A stretch of DNA of 58,355 nucleotides from Candidatus Nanopelagicales bacterium (GTDB lineage Bacteria; Actinomycetota; Actinomycetes; S36-B12). Shown here piece by piece: positions 38,685-48,915 of this stretch; position 1 is the first letter of the stretch, and every line of letters begins with the position of its first letter. A program made the translations under genes and the position numbers. A model generated the notes under the pieces. The model saw nothing but the letters and a program-made list of their open reading frames with translations. It was not told the DNA's origin and did not search any database. The stretch spans positions 1-58,355 of the forward strand of contig JBIHZX010000004.1 of NCBI GenBank assembly GCA_044240195.1. The letters are read 5' to 3'.

Positions 38685-39607
38685 GCATCGTAATTTCCGC
38701 CGCGGGTACTATCTTGATTCGCAGCGGTGAAGTGCTGCTCGTTCACCGGCCACGCTATGACGATTGGTCTTTCCCCAAGGGCAAGGTTGACGGCGCTGAG
38801 TTGCTGTCCCTCACCGCGATTCGGGAGTGTGAAGAGGAGACCGGTTTCCTAGCTGTACTTGGTCCCAATCTTGGTATTGACCGGTACGAGACTTCCCTGG
38901 GCAAAAAAGAAGTTCACTACTGGCGCGCGCATGTGCTCGAGGATCTTGGCTTTGCCCCCGATGAAGAAGTCGACAAAATCGCGTGGATTCCCTTCGACCA
39001 GGTTGCCCAGCATCTGACGTATGCGCAGGATTTGGAATTCCTCGAGCGTGCAATCGCATTGCCCCCTACCTCACCGCTGATAATTCTCCGACACGCAAAA
39101 GCCGTGAAGCGTTCAGACTTCACCGGCGAAGATGACAGTGATCGACCCCTGTCGGGGCGCGGCCGACGTCAGTCAAAAACAATTACTGAAGTGCTCGAAG
39201 GCTTTGGAGTAGAGCACGTTATTAGCTCACCCATGCGGCGCTGCCAGGAAACTGTGAAAAGATTCGTCAAGCATCTTTCTGCAACTCCCACGCTGGTCGA
39301 CGCCATCAGTGAATGGGGATATGAACAAAACCCAGAGGATCTTGATCCCGCTATCGAATTAGCGATGAACAACCCGACACCCACAGTTTTATGCTCGCAC
39401 CGACCGGTCCTTGACGCGATTTTGGACACGGTTGCTCGGTTGGGTGGAATATCTGAAACCGAGCGCACGGATGGAATCTGGTCAACCAAACTTTCCCCAG
39501 GTTCTTTCGTTGTTGTGCACCGAGCATTTCACCTCGATGGGCACGTCAACACGGTGAAAATTGTTGCGGCTGAACACCATGAAGTCCCCGGGAATCAAGA
39601 AACCTGA
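38681..39607 (+). CDS. mutT1: MutT1-type NUDIX hydrolase + histidine phosphatase domain
   Basis: HRPRYDDWSFPKGK...RECEEETG; LRHAKA..R. Confidence 0.88.
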   Translation: MSIVISAAGTILIRSGEVLLVHRPRYDDWSFPKGKVDGAELLSLTAIRECEEETGFLAVLGPNLGIDRYETSLGKKEVHYWRAHVLEDLGFAPDEEVDKIAWIPFDQVAQHLTYAQDLEFLERAIALPPTSPLIILRHAKAVKRSDFTGEDDSDRPLSGRGRRQSKTITEVLEGFGVEHVISSPMRRCQETVKRFVKHLSATPTLVDAISEWGYEQNPEDLDPAIELAMNNPTPTVLCSHRPVLDAILDTVARLGGISETERTDGIWSTKLSPGSFVVVHRAFHLDGHVNTVKIVAAEHHEVPGNQET

Positions 39608-39630
39608 TTGGTTCGGGTAAATTTAGTTAC

Positions 39631-40326
39631 ATGCGAACAACCACGGTGGTCGTGACCGCAACTATTTTTACATTATTCGCCCTGGCCGGCTGTTCAACAG
39701 AAACTTCCCCAAACACGAATACCTCAACGCCCGTTGCCCCCAGCACCAGCCCTTCAGCAAATATTTTGGACAGTGCAATAGTGGCAACGCTCTCCCGAGG
39801 TACCGCTGTCTTGCTGATCACGATTGATTCAAACGACTCCCAAGTTACAGGAACTGGCACTACATCCCTTGGTAATAACCGCGGTGAGATTGCCTGGGTT
39901 AATCAGGAATCAAATGAATCGTGGACCGATTTAATTGATTCGGAGGGTACATACTCGCTCGTGGATGGATCTTGGTTCCTCGCGCCCGATGGCACCTCGA
40001 CACCAACTTCAGGAAATATCTCTCCACTGTCACATTTGAATAGCCTCACTTCCCAAAATGACGACGAGCTCACGGGAACTCTGGCATTAACAATAGATTC
40101 GGGGATGAACCTCTCTGACGAGGAACTCGTTGAACTCACCAAGATCTGTGACATGAATCTAGAAGTTGCGATAGCGCTCGATTCAACAGGATTAATCAAC
40201 TCCATAATTAAATCCTTTAATTGCGTGGGCAATGAGCGGGTGAGTGTCACACAACTTGCCAACTTTGGTTCGCCAATCGAACTTTCAACGCCAGAAAATG
40301 TGTTCGAAGTCGACCCAAATCAGTAA
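39631..40326 (+). CDS. Hypothetical lipoprotein
   Basis: Lipobox LAGC followed by a Ser/Thr linker. Confidence 0.7.
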   Translation: MRTTTVVVTATIFTLFALAGCSTETSPNTNTSTPVAPSTSPSANILDSAIVATLSRGTAVLLITIDSNDSQVTGTGTTSLGNNRGEIAWVNQESNESWTDLIDSEGTYSLVDGSWFLAPDGTSTPTSGNISPLSHLNSLTSQNDDELTGTLALTIDSGMNLSDEELVELTKICDMNLEVAIALDSTGLINSIIKSFNCVGNERVSVTQLANFGSPIELSTPENVFEVDPNQ

Positions 40327-40330
40327 CGAA

Positions 40331-41680
40331 CTACGTACCAAGTAGGTAACCGATTCCCTTTTGTGAATTAGCGCCGGTCACGCGCAGGACACATAGACCA
40401 CTTCGCACCAGAGCCACCCGAGAACCCTTAATTGCGCAAATCCCCCGGGATGAAGTGGCTATTTGGATCCGTGGTTTTACCCCGGATTGAGTTGTGACGC
40501 CGGCCCACCGTGCAACAAGTTGCTGTGAGACCTTTGCCGGTGCAGTTCGAACTCCGTTGACAACTATTGCTTGGATCGGCGTCGATGTCGCGCTCGACCC
40601 TAGGCTATTAATGGCTTGCACAACGACCGATAACACGGTCCCAGCCTTTTGATCCGTGACCAGACAGGGTGATGCAGCCGCTGCACACACCGGGGTTAAC
40701 TCACCCGTTTGGCTCAGGAGGGAAACTTGGTAACCGCTAATGGCAAGACCACCGCTGTACGTTGGAGCACTCCAACTCACCAAAACCCGAGCTTCTGGCC
40801 GGGAAGTAGCAATGACGTTGACCGGCGAATTAGGAATTGATGTTTGTGGCGGAACGTATTGATTAATCCACGGTAGAAATGTGGTGATTCGAGCGTATAT
40901 TCCGGGGAAGTTCGCAAGCGCGCACTCAGTCCCCACACTTGTTAGTCCTGCTAAAACTGCACCCGTTGCCGTATTCACGACGAGTGGGCCCCCGCTGTCA
41001 CCCTGACAGGTATCAACTCCACCGCCGACCTTGCCAGCGCAGATTTTGTCAGAACTCGTGAAGGAACTCCCATAGGAGCCGCACGTATTCTCGTTCGGTC
41101 CACCGAGTATCGAAACATCTGCCGCAGATAAAGAGTCACTGAATCCACCGCCAAAACTCGTACTTCCCCAGCCAGAGATCTGAGCCATAGTTCCTGCAGC
41201 CGGCCACGTTGTGGGGTCTTGGGTCAAGGGCAGCGCAATCGGCTGCACATTAGCTGAAAAGGTGAGAGGAACTGCCAATTGCAAAAGGGCTATATCGCCA
41301 TTGAATGTTGTCGGATTCCACGATGGATTAATCGTGATTCCTGATACGGCTAAGGCATTTTGGGTTGAGCGCCCACTCAGATTGGTGATTCCAACAAATA
41401 CTGAAATGTTGCTTGGGGTTGAACCGACTACACAGTGAGCCGCCGTCACCAACCAAGAAGCGCCAATGATTGAAGCGCCACACAGTGTTGGGTTATTTGA
41501 ATTTCGAATTGCAAGGCTGGCCTGCCATGGAGTTGATGAGATAGTGATCGGTGCGCCACCAACAATTCGCGGGGATGCTCCTTGAACCGGAGTAATCAGA
41601 CCTAAAGCAACGAGTAATGCGGATCCAACAGCACACAGGGCGGTACATTTTCTGCGCACTGTGCAAATATACCTGCACAC
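40331..41680 (-). CDS. Secreted trypsin-like (S1) serine protease with FN3 domain (start uncertain)
   Basis: RIVGG, TAAHC, DIALL, CQGDSGGP; FN3 segment (VSWSAP..GG..ISGYQV...VQAIN..G.S). Confidence 0.93.
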   Translation of the reverse strand: MCRYICTVRRKCTALCAVGSALLVALGLITPVQGASPRIVGGAPITISSTPWQASLAIRNSNNPTLCGASIIGASWLVTAAHCVVGSTPSNISVFVGITNLSGRSTQNALAVSGITINPSWNPTTFNGDIALLQLAVPLTFSANVQPIALPLTQDPTTWPAAGTMAQISGWGSTSFGGGFSDSLSAADVSILGGPNENTCGSYGSSFTSSDKICAGKVGGGVDTCQGDSGGPLVVNTATGAVLAGLTSVGTECALANFPGIYARITTFLPWINQYVPPQTSIPNSPVNVIATSRPEARVLVSWSAPTYSGGLAISGYQVSLLSQTGELTPVCAAAASPCLVTDQKAGTVLSVVVQAINSLGSSATSTPIQAIVVNGVRTAPAKVSQQLVARWAGVTTQSGVKPRIQIATSSRGICAIKGSRVALVRSGLCVLRVTGANSQKGIGYLLGT

Positions 41681-41853
41681 CCACGACGCGGTTTACCGCC
41701 ATATGTCAATGTAATGAGTCGGCGAAGGCCTGCATAAAATTCGCGGGACACCCCACCATGGCTAAAGCCTAGGGGCGGAGCCAGGCACGTCGCGCAGCTT
41801 CACCTATAGGCTCCTGAATCGCCCAGACAGTTTGACCGGCCTAGGCTTTCACT

Positions 41854-43020
41854 GTGCGAGTTGCCCTGCTGACGAAGGAATGGTCCCCTCAGATTTACGG
41901 TGGTGCAGGTGTTCACGTGGATTATTTGGTTCCCGCCTTGGCCGCGCATATTGCGGTGGACGTACATGCATTCGGCGAAAGCTTCCCCGACGCACAGGCC
42001 CACCGGACCCCAGAGTTTCTTGTTGGTGCCAACCCCACTCTCGAGACACTCGGTGTGAACCTTGACATGGTCAACGTAATCTCACAGAGCCAAGTGGACC
42101 TTGTTCACTCACACACGTGGTACACGAACTTTGCCGGCCTATGCGCTTCACTTCTGCTCGACATCCCGCTAGTGATCACCGCCCACTCACTTGAACCGTT
42201 ACGGCCTTGGAAACAAGAGCAGCTCGGAGGCGGTTACCGAGTCTCCTCGTGGGTTGAAAAGAGTGTTTACGAGAACGCCTCAGCAGTTATTGCAGTATCA
42301 GCGGGAATGAAAGCCGATGTCCTGGATTGCTATCCAAATGTGGAATCGGAGAAAGTTCATGTAATCTACAACGGAATCAACACTGATATTTACCGACCTG
42401 ATCCCTCATTTGAGGCTGTCAACAAATACGGAATCAATGCGCAAAAACCCTACTCGCTTTTCATTGGACGAATCACTCGGCAGAAGGGTTTAGCTCACCT
42501 GTTACAGGCAGCAAAGAGTTTTGAACCGGACATCCAGATAGTCCTGTGCACATCTGCCCCTGACACTCCTGAGATTGCAGCTGAAGTACACGAGCTTGTG
42601 GGTGAACTCAAACAAATGCGCGGCAATGAAAATGTCATTTGGATTCAGGAGCAGGTCCCTCGTTCAGAACTCATTGCACTACTCACTCACGCAAGTGTTT
42701 TCACCTGTCCATCTATTTATGAACCCCAAGGAATTGTGAACCTGGAAGCCATGGCGTGTGAAACTGCCGTGGTCGCTAGTGACGTCGGTGGAATCCCAGA
42801 AGTTGTCATTGATGGCGAGACGGGCGTTCTCGTTCATTACGATCAATTTGACCCTGGGTCATTCGAATTGAATTTTGCCAAAGCGGTGAATCGTGTTGTC
42901 GCTGATACCGAACTGTCAAAAAGTCTGGGAGTTGCCGGACGCCAGCGAGTGGTTAAGGACTTTGCTTGGGACTCGATCGCCGCGTCAACAATTGATGTTT
43001 ATCGGTCCGTGATCCGTTGA
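41854..43020 (+). CDS. glgA: GT4 glycosyltransferase GlgA/GlgM (alpha-maltose-1-phosphate synthase type)
   Basis: YGGAGVHV, HSHTWY, HSLEPLRPWK.EQLGGGY, GRITRQKG, YEP.GIVNLEAMAC. Confidence 0.9.
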   Translation: MRVALLTKEWSPQIYGGAGVHVDYLVPALAAHIAVDVHAFGESFPDAQAHRTPEFLVGANPTLETLGVNLDMVNVISQSQVDLVHSHTWYTNFAGLCASLLLDIPLVITAHSLEPLRPWKQEQLGGGYRVSSWVEKSVYENASAVIAVSAGMKADVLDCYPNVESEKVHVIYNGINTDIYRPDPSFEAVNKYGINAQKPYSLFIGRITRQKGLAHLLQAAKSFEPDIQIVLCTSAPDTPEIAAEVHELVGELKQMRGNENVIWIQEQVPRSELIALLTHASVFTCPSIYEPQGIVNLEAMACETAVVASDVGGIPEVVIDGETGVLVHYDQFDPGSFELNFAKAVNRVVADTELSKSLGVAGRQRVVKDFAWDSIAASTIDVYRSVIR

Positions 43021-43949
43021 GTAAATCCACACATCCATATACAGGTTATGCCCTTTACCTTTCCGCAGCTCTCCTTTTCGCGCTCAATGGAACTGTCGCG
43101 AAATCCATCTTGTTAACGGGGATTGACCCCGCCCGACTTTCTCAACTTCGAGTGACCGGCGCTTTCCTAGTGCTTCTGGTCTATGTCGCACTTCGAAACC
43201 CCACCGCCTTGCGCCTCACCAAAAAAGAAATCCCGATGTTGACCGCCTATGGAATTCTTGGTGTAGCCGGAACTCAGTACCTGTACTTCGTCTCTCTCAC
43301 TTACCTGCCGGTCAGTATCGCCCTGCTCATTGAATTCACCTCACCGCTCATGATCGCTTTATGGTTTAGATTCGCTTGGAAAGAACCAACTAAAAAGAGC
43401 GTTTGGGTTGCCCTCGGTATGGCACTGGCCGGTTTGGCGCTCGTTGCTCAGGTCTGGCTCGGTTTCGCACTGAATGCGGTCGGAGTTTTGGCGGCCCTTG
43501 CCGCAGCCGTCTCACTGTCAATTTTCTATGTTTTGGGTGACAAGCAACTTCGCGTGGCTAACCCGCGTGATCCTGTTTCTCTGACCATGTGGGGATTCGC
43601 CGCTGCGTCGTTGTTCTGGTTGGTTGCCCAGCCTTGGTGGACTTTCCCGTGGAGCGCACTTTCGGGAAATTCCGAACCACTCAGCGATGCGAATATTTCT
43701 TTTCCCATTTGGGTTATGACCATTTCGATGATTTTGTTGGGGACAGTCATCCCTTTCTCGCTGGCACTCGCATCAATGAAGTACCTTCGCGCTTCACAGG
43801 CGTCAACCGTTGGCCTCACTGAGCCACTCTTCGCCACCCTGATCGCGTGGATTCTGCTCGGAGAGGCCCTTTCGGCAACCCAAATAATTGGTGGGGCCTT
43901 GATTCTGCTCGGTGTTTTTATCGCCGAGCGGGCTCGTCTCACGGCTTAA
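43017..43949 (+). CDS. EamA/DMT family transporter
   Basis: About 10 TM helices in two EamA repeats; LIEFTSP, LTEP. Confidence 0.88.
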   Translation: MSKSTHPYTGYALYLSAALLFALNGTVAKSILLTGIDPARLSQLRVTGAFLVLLVYVALRNPTALRLTKKEIPMLTAYGILGVAGTQYLYFVSLTYLPVSIALLIEFTSPLMIALWFRFAWKEPTKKSVWVALGMALAGLALVAQVWLGFALNAVGVLAALAAAVSLSIFYVLGDKQLRVANPRDPVSLTMWGFAAASLFWLVAQPWWTFPWSALSGNSEPLSDANISFPIWVMTISMILLGTVIPFSLALASMKYLRASQASTVGLTEPLFATLIAWILLGEALSATQIIGGALILLGVFIAERARLTA

Positions 43950-43999
43950 TTGATCGTTCTCACAACAGATAGAACAGCTGACAATGTCATAATGTCTAT

Positions 44000-45187
44000 G
44001 TGAATGAGAAGCGAGTACTAATTGTTGGTGGTGGACTTGGTGGCCTTCGAACTGCCGAAGCGTTACGCGCTAATGGCTTCATCGGAGAGATCGCGATTGT
44101 GGGTGACGAGGAATACCAGCCCTACAACCGACCACCACTTTCCAAAGAGGCGCTCAGTTCTGGGCTTTCGCACGATGAACTCAAATTCCGGCAACGTGAT
44201 TCAGTCGCCGACGTCACGTGGATTCTCGGTAGCGCGGTTGAGAAATTAGACACGGATGCGCGCGAGGTAACCCTCGCTGATGGAACTACTCAAAAATTTG
44301 ATGCACTCGTAGTTGCAACCGGTATCCGCCCACGGCTACTCCCTATTCCCGGCCCAACACAGGGACTGCACACCCTAAGAACTATTGACGATGCCCGATC
44401 GTTGAAAGATGCAATTACACCGGGGAGCAATGTAGTAATTATTGGAAGTGGATTTATCGGCTGCGAACTCGCTGCAACGGCGACAAAACTTGGCGCTACT
44501 GTGCATGTGGTCTCACTCGATGATCAACCAATGATCATGCCCATGGGCGCTGATCTTGGCGCGGCAATGCGCAGACGCCATGAAGAAAAGGGTGTTACCT
44601 TTCACCTTGGTCGTACCGTTTCACAGTTCAATGGTGAAGCCGGTATTGACAGTGTGACACTTGACTCGGGTGAGACACTCCCGGCTGACGTTGTCGTAGA
44701 AGCAATCGGTTCTGTACCAAACACCGAATGGCTGAAAGACAACGGTCTCAATCTTGATAACGGTGTTCTCGTTGATTCCAATATGCGTGCTGTTGGATCC
44801 ACCCTTCCCATCTACGCTGTGGGCGACGCGTCCAACCACCCCAATAAGTTTTATGGTGATCAAACTCGCCGGATTGAACATTGGAATATGCCAACAGAAA
44901 CGGGGAAACGTGCCGGCGCCGCACTGGCAGCTGAACTCGCCGGATCCTCACTACCAACGGATGAGTTCTTCGCTCTGCCAGCATTCTGGTCTGACCAATA
45001 CGAATTCCAGTTGCAGTCCTATGGTCTGCCGGGAGCCGCGAGCAGTAACAGAGTTGCCAGTGGGAACCTTGATGGACCTTGCATCGTTGAATACTTCAAC
45101 AGCGATAACGAACTCTGCGGTGTTATCGGAATTGACACGGTCAAGGAACTCATGTCTTACCGCAAGCAATTCATGGAAATGAAATAG
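44000..45187 (+). CDS. Ferredoxin reductase-type FAD/NAD oxidoreductase
   Basis: GGGLGG, PYNRPPLSK, GSGFIGCE, RIEHW, FWSDQY. Confidence 0.9.
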   Translation: MNEKRVLIVGGGLGGLRTAEALRANGFIGEIAIVGDEEYQPYNRPPLSKEALSSGLSHDELKFRQRDSVADVTWILGSAVEKLDTDAREVTLADGTTQKFDALVVATGIRPRLLPIPGPTQGLHTLRTIDDARSLKDAITPGSNVVIIGSGFIGCELAATATKLGATVHVVSLDDQPMIMPMGADLGAAMRRRHEEKGVTFHLGRTVSQFNGEAGIDSVTLDSGETLPADVVVEAIGSVPNTEWLKDNGLNLDNGVLVDSNMRAVGSTLPIYAVGDASNHPNKFYGDQTRRIEHWNMPTETGKRAGAALAAELAGSSLPTDEFFALPAFWSDQYEFQLQSYGLPGAASSNRVASGNLDGPCIVEYFNSDNELCGVIGIDTVKELMSYRKQFMEMK

Positions 45188-45190
45188 CCC

Positions 45191-46708
45191 ATGGGGGTGA
45201 ACTTTCCGCAAGGTGGAGACCACAAACGCAGCACGACTGCTACAGGTCGGGCGATCTTCGCTGACTCGGTGCGTGAAATTGACCCGGCACTCGCAGCTCG
45301 AATCGAACATACAAAGGATTGGCGCAAGGGCTACATTGAACCGCTCCGCGAAATCGTGATCGCAGCCTCGCAAACCCCCGATGCAGCGATTCAGATCTCA
45401 CGTGCGGGGCTTGAGTCGGCTCACCGGCGCTTCGTTTACGCCCAATCGCACGGTGATTCTCCCCTCGATTCAGCCATGAATGCAGCGGCCCCCACAATCG
45501 AATCCGTATCGGTTACCGGGCGAGCCTCTCGTGAAGAGACCCTATCTATTACTTATCGAGGACAGAGGATCTTCGGGAGTGACCTACGCAGGCAAATTGA
45601 TAAATGGGTCCAAGATGGAATCGCAGAGCCAAGTTTCGGCGCTGCACTTCATCTGCTGATGGACAACCCAGACTGGCTCGACCTCTCTGGTACCGATATC
45701 GCGGTCCTCGGCGCTGGCGCAGAAATGGCTCCAACCCGATCTCTGCTTCGATGGGGTGCACGTGTTCACGCCCTGGATTTGCCACGACCTGAGATTTGGC
45801 AACGACTTATTGATATCGCGCGAAATACTTCCGGTTCAATTCGGATTCCTATCAGTCAAGGTGCATCAGGCGCCATGCCGTTTGTCACCGGTGGGACCGT
45901 ACACACCGAAGATGACCAGGTTGTCGCAGCTGCGAGTGGTGTTGACCTTCTTGAACAACCGGGTGCGATTGCCCAGTGGCTCAATGAAATTGAGAACCCA
46001 TTCGTTCTCGGCAACTACACCTACGCCGACGGCCCCACACATGCAACATTGAGTATGAGTGTTGATGCGATCTTCAGGAAACTAAATTCCCAACGCAAGG
46101 ACATCACTCTTGCATTTCTAGCAACACCAACGGATGTTTTTATGGTTCCTATGTCGTGCGTTGATGAATCACGCAAACGTTGGGATACTCGAGGTATTAG
46201 TGGATTCTTTCAAACACCGCTTCGCGCATTCGGTCAGTTTGAACCGAATTATCCCCGGTCTTATCAAACAAAAAGTGGGATTGAAGTTGGACTCAATGAC
46301 TCGCTGGTCCCCCAGCAAGGTCCCAACTATTTACTTGCAAAAAGAATTCAACGTTGGCGCGCACTTGCCGCTCGAGCTGATGGAGTACCCGTCTCACTCA
46401 ATCTTGCCCCAGCAACCCGAACCCAATCAGTTATAAAGAATCGAGCGCTAGCAGCCGCCTATGCTGGCGCTGGAAGGTTCGGTGTCGAAGTCTTTGAACC
46501 GGCCACCTCAACAGCCCTCATGGCAGCGCTACTGGTCCACGATTTACGCAATCCCCTCTCAGTAGCAAATCCGAGTACCGCGCTGGACAACCCAATGGAC
46601 CTGTTCGTTGTCGGTGCTAATCACGGTGGCCTTTGGCGCACGGCTTATGCACCTCGATCAGTACTCGGGGTTGCAGCGATACTTGGAATGTTTGAGTCAC
46701 GGGCTTAA
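45191..46708 (+). CDS. Hypothetical protein with Rossmann-like motif
   Basis: 505-aa ORF 3 nt after the reductase; VLGAGAEMAP. Confidence 0.75.
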   Translation: MGVNFPQGGDHKRSTTATGRAIFADSVREIDPALAARIEHTKDWRKGYIEPLREIVIAASQTPDAAIQISRAGLESAHRRFVYAQSHGDSPLDSAMNAAAPTIESVSVTGRASREETLSITYRGQRIFGSDLRRQIDKWVQDGIAEPSFGAALHLLMDNPDWLDLSGTDIAVLGAGAEMAPTRSLLRWGARVHALDLPRPEIWQRLIDIARNTSGSIRIPISQGASGAMPFVTGGTVHTEDDQVVAAASGVDLLEQPGAIAQWLNEIENPFVLGNYTYADGPTHATLSMSVDAIFRKLNSQRKDITLAFLATPTDVFMVPMSCVDESRKRWDTRGISGFFQTPLRAFGQFEPNYPRSYQTKSGIEVGLNDSLVPQQGPNYLLAKRIQRWRALAARADGVPVSLNLAPATRTQSVIKNRALAAAYAGAGRFGVEVFEPATSTALMAALLVHDLRNPLSVANPSTALDNPMDLFVVGANHGGLWRTAYAPRSVLGVAAILGMFESRA

Positions 46709-46726
46709 CCTGCGGTTGTGACATAG

Positions 46727-46765
46727 GAAAGCCCGCGTAACGGGGGGGGTGTTACGCGGGCTTTC
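46727..46765 (+). terminator. Intrinsic terminator-like hairpin
   Basis: 15-bp perfect inverted repeat GAAAGCCCGCGTAAC / GTTACGCGGGCTTTC with a G8T loop. Confidence 0.75.
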
Positions 46766-46785
46766 GATCAGCTCGAGATTCTCAA

Positions 46786-47496
46786 GTGATGGCTTTATTC
46801 TGCCTGAATAGTTTGCGCTTCGCCACATTTATTGCGGAGGTTGTGGATGGCAACCCGACTAGTCTTGTGGATGTGGACAGCGTTGAACTCAGTGTGATTT
46901 TGCTCGCTGGTGGATCCAGTCGGCGAATGGGAAGCGATAAAGCAAACATAGAGTTTGGGAGCGGTACCTTGCTCACTTTTCAATTAGAACAAATCCCTAG
47001 TACATTCTCCGTGGTCGTGGTCGGTGAAACCATCGACACTAGATCAGAAGTCACTGGGCCCATGATTACTGGGCCCACGATCACCTGCACTCGTGAGAAT
47101 CCACCGGGTGCGGGGCCAGTTGCTGCGCTTGCCGCTGGATTGGAACAGGTCAACACTCCTGCCATTGCATTGCTCGCAGTTGATGCACCATTTGCATTAC
47201 CCCGCCTTCTCCGATGCAAACTTGACCCGAATTCACATGCATTGATCCCACGCGAACACGGTGGCAAAGTTCAATACCTAGGTGGCTTGTACCGCAGTGA
47301 ATCCCTTCGGCGCGCACTTGAGCAACTGGACTCTCCTGCAGATAAAAGTATGCGCGAACTGACAGCTCATTTGCCATCAATTGACTATCTTGAACTGGGT
47401 CCAGAAGATGGCCAGGACTTTATGGATATTGATACCCCACAGGATTTGGTGACCGCACGGGAGTTTCTGCGCACGCACCCTAGAGTCAAGCCATGA
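46786..47496 (+). CDS. mobA: Molybdenum cofactor guanylyltransferase-like (true start probably near 46867-46873)
   Basis: ILLAGGSSRRMGSDKA, GPVAAL.AGL, LAVDAP, DIDTPQDL. Confidence 0.85.
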   Translation: MMALFCLNSLRFATFIAEVVDGNPTSLVDVDSVELSVILLAGGSSRRMGSDKANIEFGSGTLLTFQLEQIPSTFSVVVVGETIDTRSEVTGPMITGPTITCTRENPPGAGPVAALAAGLEQVNTPAIALLAVDAPFALPRLLRCKLDPNSHALIPREHGGKVQYLGGLYRSESLRRALEQLDSPADKSMRELTAHLPSIDYLELGPEDGQDFMDIDTPQDLVTAREFLRTHPRVKP

Positions 47497-47738
47497 ACGA
47501 ATGGCTGCAGGAAGTGATCAAGGCACTCAACCTCGGCGAGGTTACCCAGGGCGTGAGCGATTCAGACCTCAAGGCGATCCTCGACGGAGCGCGGCACGCG
47601 GCCCACCAGGTTGAACGACCCGCTGCTCCCGTAACCACCTACTTGATGGGGATGGCAGTCGCTCGCGGTGGCGACCTACAAGAAATCTCAGACACGATTG
47701 AAGCCCTGGCCAGGACCTGGGCACAAAAGGACAGCTAG
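47493..47738 (+). CDS. DUF6457-type MobA-associated small protein
   Basis: W...V..AL, ILD.AR.AAH.VERPAAPVTTYL.G. Confidence 0.8.
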   Translation: MNEWLQEVIKALNLGEVTQGVSDSDLKAILDGARHAAHQVERPAAPVTTYLMGMAVARGGDLQEISDTIEALARTWAQKDS

Positions 47739-47742
47739 ACAC

Positions 47743-48912
47743 GTGGTGACAGGTCACAGCGATACGCACACCGAGAATTCCTGGGAAAAAGTACGAGAAT
47801 TTGCCTATTCATTTGCTCACAAAGGTCGAACAGAAGTCATATCACTTGATGCAGCCGACAAAAGAATGTGCGCCGAAAATCTAATTGCTTTAACAAACCT
47901 TCCGTTTGCCAATTCAAGTTCAATGGACGGCTGGGCGGTTAACGGCAGCGGTCCGTGGACAGTGACAACCGCACCACAACTTGAAAAAGATCAAGCGAGC
48001 ATTCTCACAACGGGTGCCGTACTCCCGGTTGGAGCGCAGGCAATTCTCAGAACCGAGGACGGGGTCCTTGTAGGTGATCACCTAACAGCCAACACGGACA
48101 AAAGCGCCAATACCGAAGACATTCGCATTGCGGGTGAAGAGTGCCAAATGGGTCAAACTCTGTGTACTCCCGGAGCGACCCTCAATCCGGCACTGATCGG
48201 CTTACTCGCTGCAACCGGACATGATCAAATCAAGGTTTTTGCGCAGCCCTACGTCCAAGTAATTGTTACCGGAGATGAACTTCTCGCAATCGGACTGCCT
48301 ACGCGAGAACATGTACGCGACTCACTCGGAATCCAAATCCCAATGTGGCTAAAGCGCATGGGGGCGCAGGTGCTGCCTGTGCTCTACATTGGAGACCAAG
48401 CAGAAGAAATATCGGCAGCACTAATTGCGTCACCGGCTGACATTGTGCTGACAACCGGTGGAACCGCAGCCAGTGCAAAAGATCACTTCATCGACGTTAT
48501 TGCATTTGCAGGCGGTGAGGTTCATTTTGACAGCGTTGCCGTGCGACCGGGACACCCAATGAAATTTGCAGCGGTACCCAATCCGGCAGGGCAACAAATC
48601 CCGGTAATAGGCCTGCCCGGAAACCCGTTAGCCGCGATTGTTGCCCTTGCAACACTTGTCCAACCGATGCTGAACAAACTCCTAGGTCAGCCATTGCAAC
48701 CTTTAGTTCCCGTTACAACATCACGTTCACTTGAGGCTGGGAAGTCAGGGACAAAACTTGTACCCGGTTGGGTGACCGACACAGGATTCACGCCAGCCGA
48801 ATTTGGCGGTTCCGCAATGTTGCGTGGGCTGAGCACCTCAACCGGATTCGGTGTTATTGAATCCGCGGTAAACAGCGGAGACACGATGGCTTTCCTGCCA
48901 CTTCCCGATTAG
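47743..48912 (+). CDS. moeA: Molybdopterin molybdenumtransferase
   Basis: SSMDGWAV, TGDEL, TTGG, VRPGHP, GLPGNP. Confidence 0.92.
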   Translation: MVTGHSDTHTENSWEKVREFAYSFAHKGRTEVISLDAADKRMCAENLIALTNLPFANSSSMDGWAVNGSGPWTVTTAPQLEKDQASILTTGAVLPVGAQAILRTEDGVLVGDHLTANTDKSANTEDIRIAGEECQMGQTLCTPGATLNPALIGLLAATGHDQIKVFAQPYVQVIVTGDELLAIGLPTREHVRDSLGIQIPMWLKRMGAQVLPVLYIGDQAEEISAALIASPADIVLTTGGTAASAKDHFIDVIAFAGGEVHFDSVAVRPGHPMKFAAVPNPAGQQIPVIGLPGNPLAAIVALATLVQPMLNKLLGQPLQPLVPVTTSRSLEAGKSGTKLVPGWVTDTGFTPAEFGGSAMLRGLSTSTGFGVIESAVNSGDTMAFLPLPD

Positions 48913-48915
48913 GAA

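Noticed and set aside
47049-47085. 15-bp near-tandem repeat in mobA (VTGPMITGPTIT)
   Set aside because: Short in-frame slippage duplication in a probable loop; no sign of function.
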